Below the pieces are notes generated by a model that saw only the letters and a program-made list of their open reading frames with translations, made no database searches and was not told the DNA's origin. The translations under genes and the position numbers were made by a program. A DNA stretch of 64,000 bases from Pristiophorus japonicus (Eukaryota), in the NCBI RefSeq assembly GCF_044704955.1, contig NC_091989.1, positions 186,992,001-187,056,000 of the forward strand, written 5' to 3'. Positions 50,310-62,213 of the stretch are shown here, in pieces (within the stretch, counting starts at the first letter, position 1; every line of letters starts with the position of its first letter).

Positions 50310-50387
50310 GTGGGCAAAGGATCAGAAATGTAACGCCTGGCTTTGGTAACCGCGAGGGAAAGAGTTTAACACTGTCTCTGTTTCCAG

Positions 50388-50705
50388 TTCACACAAAGGG
50401 TCCCAACGTCCGACTGCTGCCTCCACCGGCCCAAGGCACCCAGAGCAGAAACACGGCCACCCTCGAGTGCATGATCACCGGATTCTACCCGAACATCATA
50501 CACGTCTCCTGGGAGAAGGACCACTCTCCCATCTCCTCCAACACCAGCGCTGCTCGCACCATGCTGGAGCAGGCAGGGACTTTCAGTGCCAGCCACTTCC
50601 TGACTGTGAGCACAGAGGAGTGGAAGAAAGGTTCAGTCTTCACCTGCACAGTCTCTCATCCATCGTCCAACACCAACACCAGCCGGGACGTCAAGGATGA
50701 CCAAG
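50388..50705 (+). CDS. IgW: IgW CH4 exon
   Basis: TTTCCAG|TT; GPNVRLLPPP...TLECMITGFYP...VSW...FTCTVSH; G|GTAGGG. Confidence 0.92.
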
Positions 50706-50814
50706 GTAGGGTCCCGGAGCCTGACTCCAATATTCACCTCCTTTGGCCCCACTGCTATCAACTCGACTAGAGCCAGACACATTCAACACTGACCACATAG
50801 CTCATGTAGTGGAC

Positions 50815-51450
50815 CAGTTAGAGTTTACTGACGTTGTAACTGGCACAGTAGATAAGGGGGAACCAGTGGATGTGGTCTATTTAGATTTTCAGAAGGCATT
50901 CGATAAGGTGCCACACAAGAGGCTATTAAACAAAATTAGGGCTCATGGGATTGGGGGTAATATACTAGCATGGATTGAGGATTGGTTAATGGACAGAACA
51001 CAGAGAGTAGGAATAAACGGGTCATTTTCAGGTTGGCAGGCTGTAACTAGTTGGGTGCCGCTGGGGTCAGTGCTGGGGCCCCAGATATTTACAATCTATA
51101 TCAGTGATTTGGATGAGGGGACCAAATATAATATATCCAAGTTTGCTGATGATACAAAGCTAGGTCGGAATGTAAGTTGTGAGGAGGATGCAAAGAGGCT
51201 TCAAGGGGATACAGACAGGCTCAGTGAGTGGGCAAGAACATGGCAAATGGAATATAATGTGGAGAAATGTGAAGTTATCCACTTTGGTAGGAAAAATAGG
51301 AAAGTGTTTCCCCCGGGCTGGGAAGTCTAGAACCAGGGGTCACAGTCTCAGGATAAGGGGTCGGCCATTTAGGACTGAGATGAGGAGAAACCTCTTCACT
51401 CAGAGGGTGGTGAATCTGGAATTCTCTGCCCCAGAGGGCTGTGGAGTATA
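50815..51450 (+). mobile_element. CR1 RT fragment
   Basis: YLDFQKAFDKVPH and FADD motifs. Confidence 0.82.
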
Positions 51451-51454
51451 TTCA

Positions 51455-52110
51455 ACAACAACAACAACAAAAACTTGTATTTATATAGCAATGTAGCACC
51501 TTTAATGTAATGAAAGTCCCAAGGTGCTTCACAGGAGTATTATGGGATAGAAATTTGACACCGAGCCGCATAAGTAGAAATTAGTGCAGGTGACCGGAGG
51601 TAGGTTTTAAGGAGTGTCTTCAAGGGGGAAAGAGAGGCGGGGAGTTCCAGAGCTTAGGGCCCAGGCAACAGAAGGCACGGCCACCAATGGTTGAGTGATT
51701 ATAATCAGGGATGCTCAGGAAGGCAGATTGAGAGGAGCGCAGACATCTCGGGAGTTGTGGGGCTGGAGGAGATTACAGAGATAGGGAGGGACGAGGCCAT
51801 GGAAGAATTTGAAAATAAGGATGAGAATTTTGAAATCGAGGTGTCGCTTAACCGGAAGCCAATGTAGGTCAGCGAGCACAGGGGGTGATGGGTGAGCGGG
51901 ACTTGGTGCGAGTTAGGACACAGGCAGCCCACTTTTGGATCACCTCCAGTTTACATTGAGTAGAATGTGGGAGGCCAGCCAAGAATGCGTTGGAATAGTC
52001 AAGTCTGGAGGTAACAAAGGCATTGATGAGGGTTTCAGCAGTGGAAGAGCTGAGGCAGGGGCGGAGACGGGCGATGTTACGGAGGTGGATATAGGCGGTT
52101 TTAGTCATGC
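51455..52110 (-). mobile_element. L2-clade LINE 3' fragment
   Basis: HLRNIARLRP...AFVTSRLDYSN; (CAA)n reversed tail. Confidence 0.75.
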
Positions 52111-52920
52111 TGTGGCTATGTGGTCGGAGTCAGATATGACCCCAAGACAGAGATGGATCGATTTTTGGATATTGAGGGAATCGAGGGATTATGAGGACAG
52201 TGCAGGAAAGTGGAGTTGGGGTCGAAATCTGCCGTGATCCCATTGAATGGCGGAGCAGGCTCGAGGGGCCAAATGGCCGACTCCTGCTCCTAATCCTTCT
52301 GGTCTTATTTAATCCAGAGGCCTGGACTAAAAACAGAAAGGAACAATTGCAAATATGTCATGTCTTTCACAACTTCAGGATGTTCCAAAACGCTTCACAG
52401 CAAACAAAGTCATGTTTTTATTCCAGTGTAGTCACTGCTGTGATGGAGGGGACGAGTCAACCAATTTACACACAGCAAGCTCCCATAAACAGCCATGTGG
52501 TGATGGGCAGATAATCTGTTTTGGTGCTGTTGGTGGAGGTGTGATCTCTCTGGTCCACCCGCGAGTACAGACGGAGCCCTCGATTTAACGTCTGATCTGA
52601 AAGAGGGTACATCCAATGGTGCAGCACTCCCTCAGTGCTGGCAACGGGGAGTGTTGGTGTGGATTATGTGCTCGAGTGTCCGAGGTGGGGCTTGAACACT
52701 AACTTTCTGACAAAGGGAGAGGGTGCCGCCAATGAGCCGAGAATGACGGCGGCAGTTAATAATCCAGGGAACTGAGGCCAACTCCCACCGCAGCACTTTG
52801 AGAATTTGAATTCAGTTTTAAAAAGTAAAAACAGGAAATAAAAAGTTGGTTGAGGGTAAAAGTGACGGAAGCTGTCGGAATGTTGTCGAAAACCCCAAAT
52901 GCTTCGCGAATGTTCCACTG

Positions 52921-54826
52921 AAAGAAAGAAAGACTTGCATTTATATAGCGCCTTTCACGACCACCTCAAAGCACTTTACAGCCAATGAAGTACTTTTGGA
53001 GTGTATTCATTGTTGTAATGTAAGAAACGCGGCAGCCAATTTGCGCACAGCAAACTCCCACAAACAGCAATGTGATAATGACCAGATAATCTGTTTAGTG
53101 ATGTTGATTGAGGGATAAATATTGGCCCCAGGACACCAGGGAGAATTCCCCTGCTCTTCTTCGAAACAGTGCCATGGGAACTTTTATATTCACCTGAGAA
53201 GGCAGACAGGGCCCTCGGTTTAACGTTTCATCTGAAAAACGGCACCTCCGACAGTGCGGCTCTCCCTCAGTACTGCCCCTCCGACAGTGTGGTGCTCCCT
53301 CAGTACTGCCCCTCCGACAGTGTGGTGCTCCCTCAGTACTGCCCCTCCGACAGTGCGGCGCTCCCTCAGTACTGCCCCTCCGACAGTGCAGCACTCCCTC
53401 AGTACTGTCCCTCCGACAATGCGGCGCTCCCTCAGTACTGCCCCTCCGACAGTGCGGCACTCCCTCAGTACTGTCCCTCCGACAATGCGGCGCTCCCTCA
53501 GTACTGTCCCTCCGACAGTGCGGCACTCCCTCAGTACTGTCCCTCCAACAGTGCGGCACTCCCTCAGTACTGCCCCTCCGACAATGCGGCGCCCCTCAGT
53601 ACTGTCCCTCCGACAGTGCGGCACTCCCTCAGTACTGTCCCTCCAACAGTGCGGCACTCCCTCAGTACTGCCCCTCCGACAATGCGGCGCTCCCTCAGTA
53701 CTGTCCCTCCGACAGTGCGGCACTCCCTCAGTACTGTCCCTCCAACAGTGCGGCACTCCCTCAGTACTGCCCCTCCGACAGTGCGGCACTCCCTCAGTAC
53801 TGCCCCTCCGACAGTGCGGCACTCCCTCAGTACTGCCCCTCCGACAGTGCGGCGCTCGCTCAGTACTGCCCCTCCGACAGTGCAGCACTCCCTCAGTACT
53901 GCCTCTCTGACAGTGCAGCCCTCCCTCAGTACTGCCCCTCTGACAGTGCGGCGCTCCCTCAGTACTGTCCCTCCGACAGTGCGGCACTCCCTCAGTACTG
54001 CCCCTCCGACAGTGCGGCACTCCCTCAGTACTGCCCCTCCGACAGTGCAGCGCTCGCTCAGTACTGCCCCTTCGACAGTGCGGCACTCCCTCAGTACTGC
54101 CCCTCCAACAGTGCGGCGCTCGCTCAGTACTGCCCCTCCGACAGTGCGGCCCTCCCTCAGTACTGCCCCTCCGACAGTGCAGCACTCCCTCAGTACTGCC
54201 CCTCTGACAGTGCTGCCCTCCCTCAGTACTGCCCCTCCGACAGTGCGGCCCTCCCTCAGTACTGCCCCTCCGACAGTGCTGCGCTTCCTCAGTACTGCCC
54301 CTCTGACAGTGCAGTACTCCCTCAGTACTGCCCCTCTGACAGTGCGGCGCTCCCTCAGTACTGCCCCTCTGACAGTGTGGCACTCACTCAGTACCGCCCC
54401 TCTGACAGTGCGGTACTCCCTCAGTACTGCCCCTCCAACAGTGCGGCGCTCCCTCAGTACTGCCCCTCTGACAGTATGGCACTCCCTCAGTACCGCCCCT
54501 CTGACAGTGCAGTACTCCCTCAGTACTGCCCCTCTGACAGTGCGGCGCTCCCTCAGTACTGCCCCTCTGACAGTGTGGCACTCACTCAGTACCGCCCCTC
54601 TGACAGTGCGGTACTCCCTCAGTACTGCCCCTCTGACAGTGCGGCGCTCCCTCAGTACTGCCCCTCCGACAGTGCGGAGCTCCCTCAGTACTGCACTGGA
54701 GTGTCAGCCTAGATTTCTGTGCTCAAGTTCCTGGAGTGGGACTTGAAGCCACCACCTTGTGACTCAGAGACTCTGAACTTTGTGACTCTGAGGTGAGTGA
54801 GCTGCCCACTGAGCCACGGCTGACAC
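52921..54826 (-). mobile_element. tRNA-derived SINE with ~44 copies of the internal 33-bp unit (53246-54694)
   Basis: Reverse tail (AAAG)nACTTGCATTTATATAGCG; core; reverse A/B boxes at ~54735-54820. Confidence 0.85.
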
Positions 54827-55003
54827 TGGGGAAGGAGACCTGCTGACCTCGCCCTGTCCATGCCACATGTGACTCCCGTCCCACACCAATGTGGTTGACC
54901 CTTCACCGTCCTGCGGAGAGGACTGACAAATGCCGGCCTTTGCCAGCGATGCCCAGATCCCGCCGGGGGAATGGTGAAATAATAATTGTGACATTTCCCC
55001 CAG

Positions 55004-55324
55004 GTGAATGTTTGGACGCCGGTATCTCGGTCACTTTGAGCAAGCCGCCCTTTGAGGAGATCTGGAGGAACCGGACAGCCACCATTCTGTGCGAGGTGCT
55101 TCACGGTGATTTAGAGGGGGTCAGAGTAACCTGGCAGGTGAACGGGAGTGAGAGAGAAGACGGGGTGGAGACCCGGGGGCCCGAGAGGCACGGAGATAAA
55201 GACATGATCTCCAGCAGACTGACCGTCCCTGCCGCAGAGTGGGAGAGCGGGGTCGAGTATTGGTGTTTGGTGGAGGACAAGAGCCTGCCAACGCCGGAGA
55301 AGAGGCTGATCAAGAAGGCGCAAG
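55004..55324 (+). CDS. IgW: IgW CH5 exon
   Basis: TTCCCCCAG|GT; GECLDAGISV...KPPFEEIW...ATILC...VTW...EYWCLVEDKSLPTP; G|GTACGT. Confidence 0.92.
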
Positions 55325-55544
55325 GTACGTGTGGAGAGAGCTCGGTGTGTGTGTCTGGGTCTGAGCCCATGAGGCCATTTATTACCGTCTAGTGGTGAGC
55401 TGTCTAGTCCGCGGTGTCTGAGTGTGTTAAAGACAGAGAGAAGCTGGAACCCTGCCGAGAAACGGATCAGGAAAACAATCCCAAATCACAACAACGGCCC
55501 GGCACCAAACCACACTGGCTCCCGCGGGATGGGTTGGTGGCAGT

Positions 55545-56980
55545 GGGATCGACCTCGAAGCAGTGGGTGGGATAGACCCCGAGGGAGTGGTTGGGATAGA
55601 CCCCGAGGGAGTGGGATAGACCACGAGGGAATGGGTGGGATAAACCCCGAGTAAGTGGGTGGGATAGACCCCGAGGGAGTGGGATAGACCACGAGGGAAT
55701 GGGTGGGATAAACCCCGAGGGAGTGGGTGGGATAGACCCCGAGGGAGGGAGTGGGTGGGATAGACCCCGAGGGAGGGAGTGGGTGGGATAGACCCCGAGG
55801 GAGTGGGATAGACCACGAGGGAATGGGTGGGATAGACCCCGAGGGAGGGAGTGGGTGGGATTGACCCCGAGGGAGTGGGTGGGATAGACCCCGAGGGATT
55901 GGGATAGACCCCGAGGGAGTGGGTGGGATAGACCCCGAGGGATTAGGATAGACCCCAAGGGATTTGCTGGGATAGACCCCGAGGGAAAGGGTGGGATAGA
56001 CCCCGAGGGAGTGGGTGGGATAGCCCCCGAGGGATTAGGATAGACCCCGAGGGATTAGGATAGACCCCGAGGGAGTGGGTGGGATAGAGCCCGTGGGAGT
56101 GGGTGGGATAGACCCCGTGGGAGTGGGTGGGATAGACCCCGAGGGAGTGGGATAGATCCCGAGGGATTGTGATAGACCCCGAGGGAGTGGGTGGGATAGA
56201 CCCTGAGGGAGTGGGTGGGATAGACCCCATGGGAGAGGGTGGGATAGACCCCGAGGGAGTGGGATAGATCCCGAGGGATTGTGATAGACCCCGAGGGAGT
56301 GGGTGGGATAGACCCCGAGGGAGTGGGTGGGATAGACCCCGTGGGAGTCGGTGGGATAGACCCCGAGGGAGTGGGATAGATCCCGAGGGATTGTGATAGA
56401 CCCCGAGGGAGTGGGTGGGATAGACCCCGAGGGAGTGGGTGGGATAGACCCCGTGGGAGTCGGTGGGATAGACCCCGAGGGAGTGGGTGGGATAGACCTC
56501 GAGGGAGTGGGTGGGATAGACCCCGAGGGATTGTGATAGATCCCGAGGGAGTGGGTGGGATAGATCCCGAGGGAGTGGGTGGGATAGACCCCGAGGGATT
56601 GGGATAGACCCCGAGGGATTGGGTGGGATAGACCCCGTGGGAGTGGGATAGATCCCGAGGGATTGTGATAGACCCCGAGGGAGTGGGTGGGATAGACCCC
56701 GAGGGAGTGGGATAGACCCCGAGGGAGTGGGTGGAATAGACCCCGAGGGAGTGGGATAGACCCCGAGGGAGTGGGTGGAATAGACCCCGAGGGAGTGGGT
56801 GGGATAGACCTCGAGGGATTGGGATAGACTCCGAGGGAGTGGGTGGGATAGACCCCGAGGGAATGGGTGGGATAGACCCCGAGGAAGTGGGTGGGAAAAA
56901 CCGCGAGGGAGGGAGTGGGATAGACCCCGAGGGAGTGGGATAGACCCCGAGGGAGTGGGATAGACCCCGAGGGATTGGCA
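55545..56980. repeat. G-rich 20/24-bp minisatellite
   Basis: GGGATAGACCCCGAGGGAGTGGGT. Confidence 0.92.
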
Positions 56981-57572
56981 GATGTCACGGTATTAGGAGG
57001 AGCCCGAGGCAGAAGAGCCATTGGAAGGGTGAGGGAGATTGTCTGTCTGAGGCCGAGGTTGAACATGTCGCCAATTCCCTTGTGAAAGTTACTGTTGATT
57101 CTGCCTCCACCACCCTCGTTCAGGCAATGCGTTCCAGACCATCATAACTCGCTGAGTAAAACGCAAGTCTCCTCACCTCCCCTCTGGTTCCCTTGCCAGT
57201 TAAATGTGTGTCAGGGAATCATAGAGCACTTCCCACACAGGAGGCCATTCGGCCCATCGTGTCCACACTGGCCGACCAAGAGCTACCCAGCCTAATCCCA
57301 TTGTCCAGCTCTCGGTCCGTAGTCCTGTAGGTGACAGCACTTCAGGTGTACATCCAGGTACTGTTTAAATGTGGTGAGGGTTTCTGCCTCTACCACCCTT
57401 TCAGGCAGTGAGTTCCAGAACCCCACCACCCTCTGGGTGTAGAAATCTCCCAGTTTTCAAGCGAGGTCTAACCAAGGGTCGATACAGGTTGAGTGTAACT
57501 TCCCTACTTTACAATACTGTGCGCGAGGACGGGACAGGACTCGGTCTAACCCAAGGTTGTCTCTGTTTGCAG

Positions 57573-57955
57573 TCGGTGCCAAGACCCGCCCTCGAGTCTA
57601 CCTCCTCCCCCCTTCACCGCAAGAGATGGAGATGGATCGGACGGCGACCCTGGTGTGCCTGGTCACCAGGTTCTTCCCCGCGGAGATCTACGTGGCCTGG
57701 ATGGCCAACGACACCCTTGTGAGGTCAGGGTTGGTGACCCAGGCACTGAGCGAGGACGGCACCAACGGCTGGAACTCGGTGTCCAGTCAGCTGACGGTCC
57801 CCACGGAGCAGTGGGACAGGGGTACCACCTTCTCCTGTGTGGTGGGGCACGAGTCTTTAACCACCAGCCTGATCAGGAGCATCAATAAATCACAGGGTAA
57901 ACCCACCCTGGTCAATGTCTCACTCGTTCTAACCGATAGCTTTCAATCCTGCTGA
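57573..57955 (+). CDS. IgW: IgW CH6 exon with long-form secretory tailpiece (internal donor after 57896 for TM splicing)
   Basis: TTTGCAG|TC; PRVYLLPPS...TLVCLVTRFFP...VAW...FSCVVGHESL; tail GKPTLVNVSLVLTDSFQSC*; CAGG|GTAAA. Confidence 0.94.
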
Positions 57956-58291
57956 TACCATCCAGTGATTTCATCAATCCTCGCCCCCCATATATATATC
58001 TGGTTATATAATCCCTGTAAATGGCTGGTTCACCCTACCACAGGGTGGCTGTGCTCACTGTGAAATCTCCCTTCTGCCAGTAGAATGCTTAAAATCCTGA
58101 TCACAATCCGATCTCCTTCAGTCATTGAGAAAATAATGTGTCATCAAGGATCAAATCGGGCAACAAACATCATCTCCAAATCTTTGAAAGTCTGGAGTTC
58201 CTTTGTGCCGGGTTTGATCCAGTTTGAAACCTGTGAGACACCACCAAGTGTTAAATGGATGTCGCAAAGTGTCAATGTAACCATCCAATTC

Positions 58292-58297
58292 AATAAA
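58292..58297 (+). terminator. Poly(A) signal for the long secretory mRNA
   Basis: AATAAA ~340 nt after the stop, followed by a GT/T-rich tract (58310-58350). Confidence 0.7.
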
Positions 58298-58407
58298 ACA
58301 GATGTGACAAGGTTTCTGCTTCGGGTGTTCATTGTTGGTGTTTTTTGGTAAATGGGACAGGAGGTGGGGCAGTATCGTGTGTTTGGGTAAATGGGACAGG
58401 GGGTGAA

Positions 58408-60202
58408 CATCAGAACATAAGAATTTGGAACAGGAGTAGGCCATCTAGCCCCTCGAGCCTGCTCCGCCATTCAACAAGATCATGGCTGATCTGGCCGTGG
58501 ACTCAGCTCCACTTACCCGCCCGCTCCCCGTAACCCTTAATTCCCTTATTGGTTAAAAAACTATTTATCTATGACTTGAATACATTCAATGAGCTAGCCT
58601 CAACTGTTTCCTTGGGCAGAGAATTCCACAGATTCACAACCGTCTGGGAGAAGAAATTCCTTCGCAACTCGGTTTTAAATTGGCTCCCCCGTATTTTGAG
58701 GCTGTGCCCCCTAGTTCTAGTCTCCCTGACCAGTGGAAACAACCTCTCTGCCTCTATCTTGTCTATCCCTTTCATTATTTTAAATGTTTCTATAAGATCT
58801 CTCCTCATCCTTCTGAACTCCAACGAGTAAAGACCCAGTCTACTCAATCTATCATCACAAGGTAACCCCCTCATCTCCGGAATCAGCCAAGTAAATCGTC
58901 TCTGTACCCTCTCCAAAGCCAGTATATCCTTCCTTAAGTAAGGTGACCAAAACTGCACACAGTACTCCAGGTGCGGCCTCACCAATACCCTATACAGTTG
59001 CAGCAGGACTTCCCTGCTTTTGTACTCCAACCCTCTCGCAATGAAGGCCAACATTCCATTCACCTTCCTGATTACCTGCTGCACCTGCAAACTAACTTTT
59101 TGGGATTCATGCACAAGGACCCCCAGGTCCCTCTGCACCGCAGCATGTTGTAATTTCTCCCCATTCAAATAATATTCCCTTTTATTTTATTTTTTTTTCC
59201 AAGGTGGATGACCTCACATTTTCCGACATTGTATTTCATCTGCCAAACCTTAGCCAATTCGCTTAACCTATCTAAATCTCTTTGCAACCTCTCTGTGTCC
59301 TCTACATAACCCGCTTTCCCACTAATCTTTGTATCATCTGCAAATTTTGTTACACTACACTCTGTCCCCTCTTCCAGGTTATCTATGTATATTGTAAACA
59401 GTTGTGGTCCCAGCACCGATCCCTGTGGCACACCACTAACCACTGATTTCCAACCCGAAAAGGACCCATTTATCCCGACTCTCTGCTTTCTGTTAGCCAG
59501 CCAATTCTCTATCCATGCTAATACAATTCCTCTGACTCCGCGTAACTTTATCTTCTGCAGTAACCTTTTGTGTGGCACCTTATCGAATGCCTTTTGGAAA
59601 TCTAAATACACCACATCCATCGGTACACCTCTATCCACCATGCTCGTTATATCCTCAAAGAATTCCAGTAAATTAGTTAAACATGATTTCCCCTTCATGA
59701 ATCCATGTTGCATCTGCTTGATTGCACTATTCCTATCTAGATGTCCCGCTATTTCTTCCTTAATGATAGCTTCAAGCATTTTCCCCACTACAGATGTTAA
59801 ACTAACCGGCCTATAGTTACCTGCCTTTAGTCTGTCCCCTTTTTTAAACAGAGGCGTTACATTAGCTGTTTTCCAATCCGCTGGTACCTCCCCAGAGTCC
59901 AGAGAATTTTCGTAGATCATAACGAATGCATCTGCTATAACTTCCGCCATCTCTTTTAATACCCTGGGATGCATTTCATCAGGACCAGGGGACTTGTCTA
60001 CCTTGAGTCCCATTAGCCTGTCCAGCACGACCTCCCTAGTGATAGTGATTGTCACAAGGTCCTCCCTTCCCACATTCCCGTGACCAGCAATTTTTGGCAT
60101 GGTTTTTGTGTCTTCCACTGTGAAGACCGAAGCAAAGTAATTGTTTAAGGTCTCAGCCATTTCCACATTTCCCATTATTAAATCCCCCTTCTCATCTTCT
60201 AA
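58408..60202 (-). mobile_element. CR1 subfamily B, 5'-truncated
   Basis: Minus ORFs 59165-60175 (FADD) and 58569-59168. Confidence 0.9.
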
Positions 60203-60269
60203 GGCTGGGGCAGTATCATGTGTTTGGGTAAATGGGACAGGGGGTGGGTTAGTGCCCCTGGTTCGGTTC

Positions 60270-61222
60270 GGGGGTAGTGTCCCGGAGTTGGTTCGGGGTT
60301 GTGTCTCGGAGTCGGTTCGGGGGTATAGTGTCCCGGGGTCCGTTCGGGGGTAGTGTCCCGGGGTCGGTTCGTAGGGAAGTGTCCCGGGGTCGGTTCGTAG
60401 GGAAGTGTCCCGGGGTCGGTTTGGGGGGAAGTGTCCCGGGGTCGGTTCGGGGGGGTAGTGTCCCGGGGTCGGTTCGGAGGGTAGTGCCCCGGGGTTGGTT
60501 CGGGCTAGTGTCCCAGGGTCGGTTTGGAGGGTAGTGTCCCGGGGTTGGTTCGGGGTGTCATGTCCCGGGGTCGGTTCGGGGGTAGTGCCCCGGGGTCGGT
60601 TCGGAAGCTAGTGTCCCGGGGTCGGTTCGGGAGGTAGTGACCCGGGGACGGTTCGGGGGATGGTGTCCCGGGGTCGGTTCGGGGGGTAGTGTCCCGGTGT
60701 CGGTTCGGGAGGTAGTGACACGGGGTCGGTTCGGGGGTAGTACCTCGGGGTCGGTTCGGGGGTAGTGCCCCGGGGTCGGTTCGGGGTAGTGCCCCGGGGT
60801 CGGTTCGGGGGGTAGTGTCCCGGGGTCGGTTCGGGGGGATAGTGTCCCGGGGTCGGTTCGGGGGAATAGTGTCCCGGGGTCGGTTCGGCGGGTAGTGCCC
60901 CGGGGTCGGTCAGGGAGGTAGTGACCCGGGGTCGGTTCGGGGGATAGTGTCCCGGTGTCGGTTCGGGGGGTAGTGTCCCGGGGTCGGTTCGGGGGGTACT
61001 GTCCCAGGGTCGGTTCGGGGGGTAGTGTCCCGGGGTCGGTTCGGGAGGTAGTGTCCCGGGGTCGGTTCGGGGGTAGTGTCCCAGAGTCGGTTCGGGGGGT
61101 AGTGTCCCGGTGTCGGTTCGGGGGGTAGTGTCCCGGGGTCGGTTCGGGGGGTACAGTCCCAGGGTCGGTTCGGGGGGTAGTATCCCGGGGTCGGTTCGGG
61201 GGGTAGTGTCCCGGGATCGGTT
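60270..61222. repeat. ~27-bp G-rich minisatellite
   Basis: GTAGTGTCCCGGGGTCGGTTCGGGGG. Confidence 0.9.
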
Positions 61223-61274
61223 CTGATGTAAAAGCCCCGGAATTGGGCCGTTTAACTTAAACACGCCATTGGGC

Positions 61275-61512
61275 GGGGGGGACACTCCGAGCTCTGTGGG
61301 GGGGGGGGAAACTCAGAGCTCTGTGGGGCGGGGGGACACTCCGAGCTCTGTGGGGGGGGGACACTCCGAGCTCTGTGGGGGGGGGGGGAAACTCAGAGCT
61401 CTGTGGGGCAGGGGGACACTCCGAGCTCTGTGGGGGGGGGAACACTCCGAGCTCTGTTGGGGGGGGGAACACTCCGAGCTCTGAGCGGGGGGGGGTACTC
61501 CGAGCTCTGTGG
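61275..61512. repeat. GAGCTCTGT-G(n) minisatellite, ~8 copies
   Basis: ACACTCCGAGCTCTGTGGGGGGGG. Confidence 0.85.
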
Positions 61513-61899
61513 GCGGCCCGGACGAACCAGCGTTCCCCATTGCCTGCCAACAACAAACAGCGCGACACAAATCTGTTTCCCCGCCTGCCCCCGGGGGCAA
61601 AATGTCCTCAGCGCCCCGTTAGCCTCCCGGACGGGACAACGGGCATTTGGGTCCCACTGTGATTGTGTGCGGCTCAGTGAGTTATTGTCGGTGTCGAGGA
61701 GTCAGCAACTGGTCTGGCTGAGCTGGGAGATTGGAGAATACTACAGGGAAATGGAGAATCAAAGGGGAGGCAGAAGGACTGAGGTTATAGAAAGGATTTA
61801 ATATCCATCTGTCGTTTGTTTGTGTAGGACTCTAAAGAGTGAGTGAGACAAAGAGGGTGAAAGAATGAGGGAGACAGAGAGGGAGAGGGAATCAGTAGA

Positions 61900-62213
61900 N
61901 NNNNNNNNNNNNNNNNNNNNNNNNNNNNNNNNNNNNNNNNNNNNNNNNNNNNNNNNNNNNNNNNNNNNNNNNNNNNNNNNNNNNNNNNNNNNNNNNNNNN
62001 NNNNNNNNNNNNNNNNNNNNNNNNNNNNNNNNNNNNNNNNNNNNNNNNNNNNNNNNNNNNNNNNNNNNNNNNNNNNNNNNNNNNNNNNNNNNNNNNNNNN
62101 NNNNNNNNNNNNNNNNNNNNNNNNNNNNNNNNNNNNNNNNNNNNNNNNNNNNNNNNNNNNNNNNNNNNNNNNNNNNNNNNNNNNNNNNNNNNNNNNNNNN
62201 NNNNNNNNNNNNN
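61900..62213. other. Assembly gap (314 N)
   Basis: Run of N. Confidence 0.99.

Noticed and set aside
50706-50770. CH4 read-through (GRVPEPDSNIHLLWPHCYQLD*) and CH2 read-through (GKWCLRGRNMVSNPALY*) as extra secretory tails
   Set aside because: No tailpiece similarity; the nearest AATAAA after CH4 (51012) is inside a CR1; ordinary intron read-through is sufficient explanation
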